This document shows positions 35,261 to 49,670 of a stretch of DNA of 64,000 nucleotides, piece after piece (within the stretch, counting starts at the first letter, position 1; each line of letters begins with the position of its first letter). The stretch comes from Octopus sinensis. Its lineage: Eukaryota. The notes under the pieces are model-generated. The model saw nothing but the letters and a program-made list of their open reading frames with translations. It did not search any database and was not told the DNA's origin. The position numbers and the translations under genes are program-made. The stretch lies in the NCBI RefSeq assembly GCF_006345805.1, contig NC_043000.1, positions 97,960,001-98,024,000 of the forward strand, in the 5' to 3' direction.

Positions 35261-36326
35261 AAAATTCCTCTACTGAATTTCATCAATAACATTTCAGTTT
35301 GCATCTTGACTTCCTTGAGGAAAAAAATGTTGTAATATTTATTTGTTCTGTTTTTTCTATCATGTACTAATTTTTCTAGTCATTATGTATATCTTTTGTC
35401 TGTTATCCTTTATTTGTTTCTGTCATTGGACTCTGGCCATGATGGGGCACTACCTTGATATGTTTAGTTGAATAAATTGACCCTAGTACTTATTTCTAAG
35501 TCTGGTACTTATTCTATTGGCCCTTTTTGCCAAGCTGCTAAGTTATGGGGATGTAAACAAACCAACACCAGTTTTCATACAGCGAGGGTAACAAGTACAA
35601 ATCCACACACACACACACAAAAAAACCAAGCTTCAACACAATTTCCATGCATTATATCCATTCACAAGACATTGTTATGATTTCTTATTTATTTTTATAG
35701 AATTAAATGGTTAAATTGTTGGAAAGTGTTGACTCTTGCTTTTATTTTACTTTGTCATGGAATTCACTTTGTCTGACAGTGTCTGTTCAGGTTGTGACTT
35801 CACATTTATGCTTTCTTTATTGTCATGCTTAAGTAGTCAAAATTATAACTCTGGTCTCTTATCCAGCAGAAACCATCTTGAGTCTTAAATAATCTTAATT
35901 CTTTAGTCTATTAACTTCTAGGTCAACACTTCCCCACTAATAAAACTATATTCTTTATTAGAATATAAGAGGAAAAGAAAAAACGATGTTTATTTCTAGA
36001 ATGTGATAGAGAACAGTAACTATTCATTATTCAAAAACTAAATATCTATCAATTTTTAAATCTGGTATATTTTGTATGTAGTCATCCAAGAACCCATAAG
36101 TCGGGAGAAAGAAATATACACTCATATATTTGTTAATAGTAGGGGTATATTTATCAAAGTATCCAATATTGTAGATCCATTTCGGCCAATCTTACTAATT
36201 GGTTTTGCACATAACCAGATAAAAGATCAGAGCACATGATATTACTTAAATATGCTAATATCTAACATCTGGTTATCTAATACCTTTGCAAAACCAGTTG
36301 GTAACATTGACTGCAATAGATTTATA

Positions 36327-36358
<32 letters not shown>

Positions 36359-38449
36359 CTAAAAAGCCTGCTTTCCAGCAATATAGTTTCAGGTTCAGTC
36401 CCATTGCATGGCACCTTGGACAAGTCTCTTCTGTAATCCCAGACTAACCAAAGCCTTGAGGGGGAATTTGGTAGATGGAAACCGAAAGAGGCCTATTATG
36501 TGTGTGTGTTGTTTCATTATCTTCACCCCATGTAATTGTTGTAAATAAATGTTATTTAGTTTCAATATTCTCCGAAAACATATTGCTTGGAAACAGGTAT
36601 AGATTGGTGACAGGGAGGTCACCTGGCTGTAGAAAATCTGCTTCAGTAAACTTTATCCAACCAATGCAAGCATGGAAAAGTGGAGATTAAAACAGTGATG
36701 ATGACAATGATATATGTGTGTGTGTGTAATGAAACATTTTCAAGTTGGCTGGAAAGGCAAACTATCTATAACATCTAGTTATGATGTTTTAGCCACAGTT
36801 TTTGTACATCCATTCAAAGCAACAAATGTCACAGTGACAAAAGAATAGGAAATTCAATTGATTTATTACAATAACTTTTTCTTTGAAAAGAAACCAAAAT
36901 TTCATTGATTTTTAAATCCTGTTTTCCTTGTACATGTGAATAAATTGGATCATTCCAAGTCAGCTGATTCTTGTTTTCCCTTATCTTTATTTTGCCATTC
37001 CCAGTATATTTATTACATTTATTGTGAAAGACAGCAAAGCCCTCAAATGCTGTAGAGGCATCATTTCAAATTTGATATTCTTCTCATGTATAGGAAGCCC
37101 ATTTTTGAATCGGTTTTCTTCACCTCAGCAACCTCAAATGATAATTCTCTCTCTCTCTCTCTCTAAATATATACATATATATACATACTTACACATATAC
37201 ATATATAGACTTATATACACACACACATATATATATATATATACCTGCACACATCTATACGCACATATACACTCACACACATGCACATGTTTGTTAACAC
37301 ATACTTTACTCTTTGAATTAAAAGAACTCTTTCTCTATGTTCTTTGCAATTCACTTATTCAAGCATGAAGTTTTGCTAAGACAGCATTACTGATAAATAT
37401 GAAAGGACTTGCAGCTTTGCTGAATTACTTCGAAAAAACAGATATACATTGTTTGCAGGTATGGTGACAAGGTTGCTTTGTTACAACATGGTCTCAAAAT
37501 TCTATCTCACTATGCCACACCTTGGCCAAGACTCTTTTACTGTAGATAGAGGCCAACAAATGCTTTGTGAGGGAAATTGGCAGATGAAAATGTCTGGAAA
37601 CTTGTTCTCTCTCTGTGTATGTGTGGTTATCATATTTAACAGGTTGAATTACCTCATAGAGGCTCTTCTATCATGAGGTGATGAAATAAATGGTTTGTAT
37701 TAAGGCTGTTCAATCAGTATTAGGTATTTTATCATCTCAGTCTTATTATATTTCTATTTTACTCCCCAAATTGTTCTGAAGTCTTCTGGCATTGAAAACT
37801 TTAACTGGGATACATGAGACATTTATTTATGCAAGAAACATTTTTGCTGCTTTTTTCTTCTTTTTCTTTATTTATTTGTTTATTTATTTTTGTATCATTT
37901 TTCAACAGTCTCTACCCCCTATGGAGTAGAAATATCATTTGTATCATTACTATCAATATTATATATAGTTCAAAAGTTGCCCACAATCCAAGATGAGAAG
38001 AACTTTATCTCTTTTCCTATTATTTGTCTATATTTCTGTTTCTCTCTCCCTGTCTATATCTCTGTTGGCCTGCAAATAAATAAGCAGATTAACATAGGAA
38101 ATAGCTAAATAGAAGCAGAGAGAAACACATACATACAAGCAAATATTGTCTGTGTTTCACACACATACACAACTGAACAGGGATATCAACAGATCCTAAG
38201 TAATTTCCTCTTTATATGCCTAAGCATAAAACAGTGATCAGTCACTAACCCCACCCTTTGTTTATGTATGTGTGTGTGTGTTTATATGTATGTTACTTGT
38301 ATAGGCACACTCAGACACACTCACACCCACACAGTGTAATGAAAACTATCTCCAGCTTTGTGCTAAACCAAAGGAGCTCATTAATAATTCATATCACATA
38401 TTACTCACTCTTCTTCTCTCATACAACACTCATGCTGGCTCTTTCTATA

Positions 38450-38480
<31 letters not shown>

Positions 38481-39039
38481 GTATAGTCCAACCCATGCTA
38501 GCATGGAAAACGGACGCTAAATGATGATGATGATGATGATGATGTATATATATATATATATCCATTACATTTTTTTCTCTATCTTTTTTTTTATTTTTGT
38601 TATAGTATTTGTTATATAATGTTGATCTTTGATATTATGTTTGGGTTTTTTTTTTTTGTTCACAAGTAATTGTTTTAAACACTTTTAAAAAATTTTCTTT
38701 TATAAATGAAAGTGCAGTGCACATGACCTTTGCAAGGCCCCAGTTTCAAACTGGTGTGATCAATGGCATTGATCAATATCTGCAGGAAAAAGTACCATTT
38801 GAGAAGGGGACCTTCTGCGACATCAGACAGAGGTTTACCATTCTGAGAAGGGAAAAACTGAGGTATGTGGAGCTTGGGAGATGGGATTTGGTGATGTGTG
38901 ATCAATATCGACAAGAAGACATTCATTGAGTTGGATCTCAGAAGCACTTGATATGAATGCTAGTAGCAGGAATGGATTCCACTAAAGTTAGCCAAGTAAT
39001 ACTTTCAACTTGTAAAGTTATCTTGTCATGACATTGATA

Positions 39040-39090
<51 letters not shown>

Positions 39091-41113
39091 CACACACGTA
39101 TATTATCATCATCATCATCATTTAATGTCCATTGTCCATGCTGGCATGAGTTGACCGGTTTGACTAGGCTGGCACGCTGGAAGCCTGCATCAGGCTCCAG
39201 TGTGATTTGTGGCATGGTTTTCTGTGGTTGGATAACACCAACCACTCCAAGAGTGTAATGGGTGCTTTTGCATGACACTAGGGTGCTTTTATGTGTTAAA
39301 TCTCTCTGATGGAACCTTGGATATGTGTCCCCAACCAAAACTTTGTAAATTGATTTAATAGCTAGAAACTGAAAAAAGCTCAGTGTGTGTTTGTGTGTGT
39401 CTTCTAGTTCCAGTGTCATGTGATAGTTGTTGTTGTCACCATCATTCATTGTCAGTATCCCATGAAAGCATGTCAGGCCATGGGAAAATATCACATTCCT
39501 TGGAAACTGGTGAGAATCCTATACAGCCATTGAAAATCTGACTCAATAAATTCTCTCACATACACACCCATAAATATGTGTTTGTGTGTACCCTTGTATT
39601 GACTTCATATGATGGTTGTAAATGAGCATCACTATCCAATCTTCCATGAAAAGAATGTCCAGTTAAGGAAATATTACCTTGCTTGAAAGTAGGTGGGGGT
39701 TGGTGACAGGAAGAGCACCCAGCTGTAGAAAATTTACCTCAACAAATTCCGTTTGGTCTATGCAAGCAAGGAAAATAATGGATGTTAAAATGAGGATGAT
39801 ACATATCTGTGAGTGTGTGTGTGTGTGTGTGTGTGTTGATGCATATGTGTGTTTTGGTCTTTGGGATCAGAAAATATTTATTATCTATGGACAGATGGCA
39901 GAATCAGAAGTACGAGATAAAATACTTTGTATTGTATTTGATTATGCTCTTTTATATTCTGAGTTCAACTCCTATCCAGGCTGCCTTTGCCTTCATCCTT
40001 CCAAAATCGATAAAATAAGTAGTAGTAGTAGTAGTAGTAGTAGTAATATACTCTAGTGTACAAGGAGATTGATATCATTAACTGTACCCTTGAAGGTAAT
40101 GGATGTCCTGTCACTGAATGAATAAAATAAGTCAATATGACATCCATAAGCTATGCACAAATCAATAGGGTCTTTTTTTTTTTTTGCAGATAACAATTAT
40201 GAACCACCATAAATTGACTTAATCTCCTCAATTTGATCTCCATTTTTTTGTATATTATTGATTCATTATTACAAAGCAAGCAATAAAGCAGAATGGTGGT
40301 TTAGATATATCTCTAAGGAGAAGAGCATGACCTCATTATTACTTTGATAGTTGGTGTGGGGCTACTAAGACCACATGACATCCAATTTTAGGTCCTTGTT
40401 TGCATTTAGCAGAATTCACTCTATTGCAAGCATTTGGACCAAACTCCTTCAAACCACTTTCCCTTCCATCTGCAATATTTTCTTGTTGACATTAGTCTAC
40501 AGATGTTTGGGCTGGGTATTAGACATTGTAGTCTCACTAGTAAAAGGAGGGCTTGAGTAGATCCTAGGATTTCTCCATCTCTTCTGATTAATTTTAGATA
40601 ATATGATATTCTGACTCCTCTGTTAATTGTGCAATACCTTGTTTATTCAACTACTCTCACTCTGAATAGCAGAATGGATAAATGCTTGGTTCATGAGTTC
40701 AAAATATGTGCGGGCATAGCTTTGTGATTAAGTTACTCCCCTTGCAGCTACATAGTTTTGAATTTGATTCAGTAATGCAGTACCTTGGGCAAGTGTTATC
40801 TATCATAATCTTGGATTGATGAACACTTTGTAGAAGGTAAAATTTGGTAGACAGAAACTGTGTGGAAACCTATTGAAGGGACCATTCCTTGGAGATGGAT
40901 TTAATTCATCTCCCTATTAAACACTACCTCCTATCTAAGGTACTTTCTCTTGCAGTCATTCAGGCTGTTTCCGGTTTGGGGCTTAGCATCATCTCTTCTT
41001 TCCACCAGTTTCTGATGTCACAGAAAGTGTCATTGGGGGATACCTCCCCCTCTGATTAAGTAGCAAAAAAAATAAATAAATAGATAAATAAATAATCCTT
41101 TGCAGATGTTTAT

Positions 41114-41324
41114 CCCTTTAACATTCACATTGCTGTGTCAAATGTTACGATTATTCGTTTTAAATTAATCATGCCCTATCTTGTATCTTTGACATTTCGT
41201 TGATGTGATTGTTTATTTTTACAATGACATTGTAGGGTAGATATGAGAAGCTAGAGCTGGCCAGTTGCAGTGTAAAACAGGTAGAATATTTTGTCCAGAT
41301 ATGGCTGATTTAAATTTTAAAGGG
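41114..41324. mobile_element. piggyBac-like MITE (~210 bp)
   Basis: Ends CCCTTTAACATTCA / TAAATTTTAAAGGG form imperfect TIRs; flanks TTAT and TTAA. Confidence 0.55.
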
Positions 41325-42203
41325 TTAAACTCTGGTTTTGAGCAGATCCCTTCATTTGAAGTACCTCACTAAATGTAGCTGTCAGAAATTGGGCCCAGAA
41401 CATCTGGGAAAGAACAAGCTGCATTAAACTTAATTTGTGTATTGTTCAGTGTGTAGAGATATGTGTCTCTCATCTGCTTAATATTTCAGAAGATTGTATA
41501 AAGTCACATTAACAGCAGAATCAAATAGTCGATCAGAGTTTTTGACTCCGGCCAAATTTGAGTAAAACAAACAAACTGCTTTAGTGAGATATCGCTGTTT
41601 TGGGGTGCCAAGGACATGCCATTTCCTTTTAGTATCCCAACGAGTTTTCCCTTTCATTTGCTCTAATTCAAAATCATACCTGTATCTTATATGTTTTTGC
41701 ATGCAGAATTCAAAAATAATGTCAAATTATCTGTACTAAGTCCACATATTCCATTCACCTTCATAATGCCAAGAACCTGTATTAACATTGCAAACAACTT
41801 TTGCTATATATGAAAAATATGCAAAATATTAAGACAATTGATAAAAAATAACTATAATAAAATTCTAATTGATAAATATAAATTTTTATTAAAACAAAAT
41901 ACACAGGTGAAGTAAATCTCATAGTGTGAAGAATCAACACAATGTGCGGTTGTCATGGTAACAAGCTGTTAATGTCTTGCTGATTGTTGATTGGCTAAAA
42001 TTACCCAAATTTCCCAACTTTAGTTCCAAATAACCTCAGATTCGTTAATTTACGAGATAAAGTAATTGGTTGATCATAATCATGATTCAGAGTTGTATTG
42101 ATACACCAAAACTGAAAGCAATCTGAGTGAAATTAAAGGGGGCTCATTTTGCGAATGACAAAAACTAGATCCGACACCTTGTCATAAATACTTGCAATAA
42201 AGT

Positions 42204-42360
42204 TACAGATAAGGAAATAATTTTATTTCCAAATGCAGGATAATGCTAATAATATAGCATGAACAGGATAAACTATCCATATTTTGCAGAAAAATCTGTC
42301 GGCGGCCAGCCATGAGACTCAAACTCACATCCCTATGATTACGCGTCAAGTGCTTTATTA
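42204..42360 (-). mobile_element. Inverted partial copy of the tRNA-headed element at 42540-42790
   Basis: Reverse complement of ~42553-42710, head truncated in the D-loop; anticodon-position triplet CGT in this copy. Confidence 0.85.
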
Positions 42361-42539
42361 TTAGCATTATCCTGCATTTGAAAATAAAATTATTTCCCTA
42401 TCTGCATCTTTCAATGCATCTCAACGCTTCTAAAGCAAACTTTGTTTGTTGGCTTTCAATGTAAGTTGAATTTAACATGCAATAGCATCTTATAAAGCTA
42501 GATTTATATATCCTAAATTTGCAGAAGAGTTTGTCGTTC

Positions 42540-42614
42540 GGGCAGTTTAGCTTAATGGTAAAGCATTTGACATGTAATCACAGGGATGTGAGTTCGTCTC
42601 ATGGCTGGCCACCA
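42540..42614 (+). pseudogene. tRNA-Thr-like head (anticodon position TGT) of a probable SINE; pseudo-tRNA
   Basis: GGGCAGT-TA-GCTT-AATGGTA-AAGC-A-TTTGA-CATGTAA-TCACA-GGGAT-GTGAG-TTCGT-CTCAT-G-GCTGGCC-ACCA folds as a cloverleaf, but the T-loop lacks 2 nt, stems have mismatches, and a ~175-nt body shared with neighbouring copies follows. Confidence 0.65.
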
Positions 42615-43218
42615 ACAGATTTTTCTGAAAAATGTGGATAGTTTATCCTGTTCATGCTATATTATTAGCATTATCCTGTGTTTGAAAATAAAATTATTTC
42701 CTTATCTGTATCTTTCAATACCTCTCAACGCTTCTAAAGCAAATTTTGTTGATTTTCAATGTAAGTTGAATTTAACTTGCAATAAAGCGTACTTAAAATC
42801 AGCTAAGGAACTTTTAAGACTAGTGTGTAATTTGAGGGAAAGTTGACTGCTCTTTTTAGCAGGCCAATAAACCACATCATAGAGCCTCTCTTCCTAGGCT
42901 AGGTTCATTCCTATGATGTAATATACAGCTAAATCAAAAGTTCAGCTGATTTGTAAGGGCAACATTTGCAGTCAGTCATTCAGCAGATGAAGAGCTGAAT
43001 AGACACACCTGGAAAACAGATGTTCTTATAGTCTGACTTTTCTGTATGCATATCTAACCTATATCTTGTGTGGAAATACGAAAATAAAAATCAGTGATGA
43101 TGGATATTAATGTAGATAATCTCCCTCCTTCCATCACACTCTCTCTTTTCCTCCCTATATAAATTTGTATGTCTGCCTTCTCTGTCTCTATTTCTTTATA
43201 CACACACATGTGCATGCA

Positions 43219-43251
<33 letters not shown>

Positions 43252-43769
43252 AGTGGTGTTTACAGGAACACACACATATAACTTCAATAAAATTGTTAGC
43301 AAGCGGTAAAGCATTATTATGGTAACTATTCTTCTGTAAATATCAAAACAAAACATACATAAAAGAATAGATTTAAAGAAAAATAAATGGTTTATTTGTT
43401 TTTGTTTTGTTTTGTTTTTTGTTTTTTTCCCCCCTTATTTTACATCCATTTGTTGATCCATGCTAACTACAGGAGGACAATTTCATCAAATTTGGATATT
43501 GGTGTTTCTGGGACAAATATTTTTTTACAGCTGGTTTCTTTCCTTATGATAACTACTCAACTGTAAACACAATGAATTGAACATTTTTATTTTCCAAAAT
43601 ATTTGGATTAGCTGTTATTATAGGAATTATCAGTGTTGCATGTAGTTTTCAGATTTCTCAGTTTACAGTGATACAATAGAAGCATGCTGGGCCAATAACC
43701 CAGAGGTCCATCAATCAAAACAATGTGATAAAGATATTTAATATATGCAAGCATAGATAATTGGTATAG

Positions 43770-44150
43770 GTCTGTTTGTGTGGTTAAGAATCTTGCTTTT
43801 TAACCAAATGGTTGGGGGTTCATTCTCACTGTGTGACACCTTGTGAAATTATCTTCTACAGTGCCTTATAAGTGATTTGGTTGGTAGAAACTATGTGGAA
43901 GTGTTTTTTTTTTTTTTTGTGGTGGGGAATATGTGTATCTTTATGTTTGTCTCTCACCACTGCTTAACAACTAGTGTTGGTTTTCTTTTACATCCCTGTA
44001 ACTTAGTGGTTTGACAAAGGAGATCACTTGAATAAGTAACAAACTAAGAAATAAGTACTGGGGTTAATTTGTTCAACTAAGCCCTTCAAGGCAGCTCCTT
44101 AGCATATCTGCAATTCAATGATTGAAACAAGTAAGAAAAGAAAAAAAGAA
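43770..44150 (+). mobile_element. SINE family 2, near full-length, decayed
   Basis: Head, core, (TG)-rich spacer, AATAAGTACTGGGGT segment and TGAAACAAGTAAGAAAAG tail. Confidence 0.75.
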
Positions 44151-47148
44151 AGAAGTTTTTCAACTCACTATATTTAAATATGTAAAATCTCTATTATATG
44201 CATATTTAGCATGCATATCACTTTCCTGAGGTATTTGTTTCCTCTACTCTCTTGTTCACACACACTCATATGATGTGTGTATGTTTCTATGGTTGTATAC
44301 ATGCACAAATTTTAAGGCATTAAATACACTCTTCAAAAATGAAATGTTGATAGAGTATTGGCAGTTGGTATATGTTTATTCAGATCTGATCAGTTTCGCT
44401 CACAGATATTTTAATTATTTTTTTTTAACTAAACAGTTTGAAACTTCATGTACTGGTGCAATTTCTCATGCTCAACATGTTTTACTTTCAACATTTTTGA
44501 CAAAATTTCATATATTAGAAGTTATTTTGTCTTTAAGTTGTCATATTTGGGTAATTTTAACTAATCGATAAGGTGTATTTAGTTGAAGAAAGCTACTGCT
44601 GTTTGCAATAGTAATCAAAGAAGAACAACTACCAAGTCATCTCTACTAAATGTCACCACTCTGTTCTATTTGTATATCAAGCAAAGGGTGAAGGGAAAGT
44701 ATTGCTCTTTGGTCATAGCTGACACAAAAGAAAAGCTTGCAGCAGCAAGAAAGACGATGCCACCTTTATCCTTTCTTCCTTTCTAGTCAGCACCATGCAT
44801 TCCTTATTCTTTCCCTCTCTACTGGCAGACAGCCACTTCTACATTATTAACTACCAACCAGTGAGCAAACTTGTCACTGCCACTACAATTTCTGCTGTAT
44901 TTCTAACTACATGTTGGACAAACGAATAAATATATGTAAATAATATTTTTTCCTTGTTGCTGTTGATTCTTCGATGTTTACTGGTTACTGTGACACGAGC
45001 ACAAAAATAAAATGCATGTAATAGGCAACACAGGCAGTAAACAAAAATAAAATTGAACAGAGGGGTAAAATTAAGTTGAGATGAACTGGAAGTTGTTCCT
45101 CTTCAGTTACTATTGCAAGCAGCAGTAACTTTCTTCAACTGAATACATGTCATTGATAGGTTAAAATTACCCAAATACAACAACTTTAACATGAAATAAC
45201 TTCTATGAGAAATTACACCTGTATACGAAGTTTCAAACTGTTTAGTTAAAAAAGTATAATTTTAAAATTTGTGAGCAAAACTGAACATATCTGTTTATTC
45301 ATTTACAGGAAGTGTAGAGAGTCTGAGGTGTATATGCGTATTATTTGTAAGAGTGCATGGTTAGGATGGGAAAGTATATGTATTATTTAGTAAATATACC
45401 CACTAAATTCATGTCTTCATACCAATAATCTAGTGGATTATAATCTAAATGGATATGACAATCTTCAGTGGTACAAAAAGAATGAAAAATGGCTTAGTGA
45501 TGTATGTTTTTCTTTTAGTTGGAATCTATGGCTGTGAATAATAGTTATTAACTTTGTTATGCTTGACAAAATAGGCTCATGGTCAAAGGCTTTCCATCTT
45601 TTACTTTCGTATACTTGTTTTAGTCATTGGACTGTGACCATGCTGGGACACTGCCTTGAAAGGTTTTAGTTGAACAAATTACACTTCTTCTATTGGTCTG
45701 GTTTCATTTGCCAAACTGAAAAGTTACATGGATGTAAACAAACCAACACCAGTTGTCAAGTATTGGTGTTTAGGGAGAGGACAAGCACATTCATACATAA
45801 TGCATCCTTATCTATATTAATGAATTATTGGTGCATTAACAGTGTGTTTCAATGTTACTGTACTACTGAATATAGCAGGGCCAATGAGTTGAGGGCAGCA
45901 GACAACTGAAATCTTTAGGGTGTTAGAATATTTATTTTGACTCTTTGCTTTTTGGGTTCAAATCCCACTATGGCTCACTTGGGTGGTTGATTTAATCCTT
46001 CACTACCTTTAACACCACCACTTAGTACTTAGGTGCCTTTAGCAGTGCCCACTTTGCAACAAGCCACTGGGCAAGGTATCTAGTTTGAGGAAATTTTCAT
46101 TCCCGCCCACCAGTCTTGAAGGCACTGCCATTCCCTCCTGACTAAACAAGCATCGTCATAATTTAACATTTACTTTTCCATGCTTGTATGAGTCAGACGG
46201 AATTTGTCTAAGTGGATTTTTTAAGGCTGAATGCCCTTCTTGTGACTAACCCACACCTGTCTTGAAACTAGGTAATATTTCTCATGGCCAGACATATTTT
46301 CCACAGATGACTGAAAACATCACTTGTATGACAGTGATGCTCATTTATAACCTTCACTTGTTGTCATGACAAGTGTGCATACTATGAGCTTCTTTCAGTT
46401 TCTGTCTATGAAACATTCACAACTTTTCATTGGGAAGCAAGCTTCATAACCACATAGTTACACCTGAACCTATATATATATATATTTATCATATATACAG
46501 TTGCCTTTAGAATCAAACTGTTCCATTGGTTGCAAAATTTAATATTTCTACTCTGTATTCAATTTTCTTGTTTCATTCTGCGTTGCTATAAATATTCTCT
46601 TCCTTCAGAGATGGAATGGAATGGTTATGTAACAGGATGAATTTATGTAATGCTTTGTTACAAGTTATTTAATACTCTCATATTTGGAAGAAACCATATC
46701 ATTGAAACATGTATAGTGATGTTTTGAACTATATATTTTTGTTTACTATATATATATATATTATATATATATATATATAATATATATATATATACATATA
46801 TGTATGTATGTATGTCTCTGTGTGTGTCTGTGTATCTACATGTGTTTTTGAGTGCATGTGTACGTGTATATATACATATATTTCTACTGTTAGATCTAAT
46901 TACCATTTAGATATACACTTTTTATACACATCTGTATTGGCTTTCTCGTTGATAATGCTTTCCCCTATATATATATGTATAAATGTAATTCTTTTCCTAA
47001 ATAAATTGCACTTCATATTCAAGACTCTGATAAAACGATAAGGTGTTATTCAGGCACTCAACTACGAGTCCACTGCATCTTATAGCAGAAACAGCTGTAA
47101 GCTAATGAAATTCATAAGATTATTGTTTATTCTTTTATCATCTCATTT

Positions 47149-47201
<53 letters not shown>

Positions 47202-48114
47202 CTTTACATACAGTAAACATAAGAAAAAAATATAGTAGTCTGATTTGAGAGAAAAATTTGGTTGCTATTTGTGTTTTTCCAGCAGGTTGACTACTGACCA
47301 CATAGATCTCATTTTAGCTCATTAAATTTGCATTAGTTTGGTTTGCTTTGTTTCATCTTATTTATTTATTGATTTACTTTTATCTTCCTGCTTTTATTTT
47401 GTGAGAAACCAGCTGAATGAGAATAAAGAATTAGACAGTACATCATTTTGTAACTAACATTTCAGGCCTTGTTTGCTTAGTTTTAAACAATTTTTCTGGA
47501 GAGAAAAGGAAGAAAAAAATGTAAATGAGATGAAGCAGTGGACAAAGGTTATGATATTACCGGGTATATAGGAGTTGAGTAGGGTGAATTGAGTGGGTGG
47601 AATTAATCTCTGTTTTCAAACTAATTTGTTATGTTCTGTATTGTAACTTTTATTTTTATGTATGTACAACTGTGTGTACATGTATACAAACACAGGCACT
47701 GGAAAATATATGAATGTCTTGATGTTATGTTAAGAATATAATGTGAATCTGAACGAAGTTGTGCATACAAATGAAAACTTGTAAATATATACACACATTA
47801 CACATACATGTACACACATGTCTACAGACAGATGGTAATATTTGTTGTGTTATAAAAAAGTAGAACATAAAAATACTCTAAACATGCTTTTATAAATAAT
47901 GAAAAATTGAATATAACACAAAGAACAAGTTTGTCAATGTGTGTGTACATGTATATTCACTGACAAACTTGTGTGTGCATGCTTGCATATTTCTTTCTCC
48001 TAATACTGATGTCAGTTTTTAAGACAAAAAGGTCTTATTCAAATTTAGACATCAATACCATTTACAAGTAGGTAGAAAAGTATGCATGTACATGTGCATG
48101 TAGGCTGAAAATTA

Positions 48115-48432
48115 TATCTTTTATTTGTTTCAGTCTTTGGGCACTGCCTCAAGGGGTTTTAGTCAAATGAAATGGCCCCAGTACCTATTTTCTTAATCTG
48201 TTGGTCTTTTTTTACTGAAATGCTAAGTTACAGGGATGTAAACAAACCAGCATTAGTTTCATACATATGTATATATAATAGGCTTCTTTCAGTTTCCATC
48301 TACCAAATCCGCTTGCAAGGCTTTCGTCAGTCTGGAGCTACAGTAGAAGACACTTGCCCAAGGTGCCATGCAGTGGGACTGAACCCAGAACCATGTGGTT
48401 GGGAAGCAAGCTTCTTGCCACACAGCCATGCC
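48115..48432 (-). mobile_element. SINE family 2, full-length
   Basis: Tail TTGTTTCAGTC through core CTTCTTTCAGTTTCCATCTACCAAATC to head GGGACTGAACCCAGAACCATGTGGTTGG..CACACAGCCATGCC. Confidence 0.85.
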
Positions 48433-48688
48433 TATATATGTATGTAAGTTGAAAAATATGTGTGCATGTCAGTAGGTAAATCCTCTTCACCAGATGATAC
48501 AGCCTTAGCACTGCAGCTGTGGAGAACAGGTCAGTGTTGGCTAAAAATCTATGGGCAACCAGTTATATTTTATTTGGGGTTTGAAATGTTTTGTGATAGC
48601 TATTTTGGTACTGCCTGTTTGCTACCACTGATTCACTGCTGACTTGTTTGACATCAAATGTTTTTTTTTTTGTTTCTCATGTTCTCTT

Positions 48689-48761
<73 letters not shown>

Positions 48762-49329
48762 TCATCATTCTTCGTTTTATGTGGTTAAGTATATTTCTCT
48801 TAATTTGTGAGGAGAGGGAAAATGTTTATATCAGTTGCATTCAGTTAATAAATTTTAATCTTTTCCTTCCTCCCCTCTCTCTATATGTGTTATATTTCCA
48901 TGCATGCATGCATTTATGTGAATGTGTGTGTTTGCCTCCAATTCCTAAAAGTACTGTCACCAAAACAGGTTGAATGTTCTGTCAGCCATGCCAAGTCATT
49001 AGCATCAAAACAACTACACAACTGCACCCAATCATTTCATTCTGTGTTATTTAGCTCCTGGTCAGTCCTTATTGAGCAGATTTGGGATTAAAATATTCCA
49101 GCCATGATTATCCTATTTATCAGCTTCTGAGACTATCATATATGTCCTTTCATTTTGTAAGAATGTACAGGTGTAAATGGGGAGGAGATGAACATCTCTT
49201 CTTCTTACTGATGTTTAAAACTTCTTCATTTAATGAGATTTGGCTACTGTATGTAGCAAGCAAGTGACCATTTCAACATTTGATGCATACAGTGTATCTG
49301 ACAATGGGTAAGGTGGTCAACAAGGCTGT

Positions 49330-49670
49330 GTAATAAGAAGTTTGCTTCTCAACAAGGTTCCAGGTTCGAACCCACTGTGTGGAACTTTAGGCAAGTGTCT
49401 TCTACTATAGCCCCAGGGTGGCCAAAACCTTGTGAGTGGCATTGGGAGATGATAACTGAAAAAAGTCCATCATATATGTGTGTTGGTGTGTTTGTTTGTG
49501 TTTACATCCCCTATAACTTAGCAGTTGGATGAAAGTGACTGATAGAATAAGTACCAGATTTAAAAAAAAAGAGTACTAGGGTTTATTCCGTGGACTAAAA
49601 TTCATCAAGGCAATGCCCTAGCATGACCATAGTCTTATGACTAAAATAAATAAAAAGATAAAAGAAGTCA
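49330..49670 (+). mobile_element. SINE family 2, full-length
   Basis: B-box GGTTCGAACCC, core GGCAAGTGTCTTCTACTATAGCCCCAGG, tail ATAAAAAGATAAAAGAA. Confidence 0.85.

Noticed and set aside
41478-41702. 74-aa minus-strand ORF and nearby acceptor-like sites
   Set aside because: No recognisable motif and no consistent acceptor/donor pair with an open frame.
42540-42614. Functional tRNA-Thr(UGU) gene with encoded CCA
   Set aside because: T-loop deletion, stem mismatches, attached repeat body, and the sister copy reads GCCG rather than ACCA.
46570-46612. Possible further hammerhead (CUGAAGGA... on minus strand)
   Set aside because: No GAAA box or stem II; too degenerate to support.
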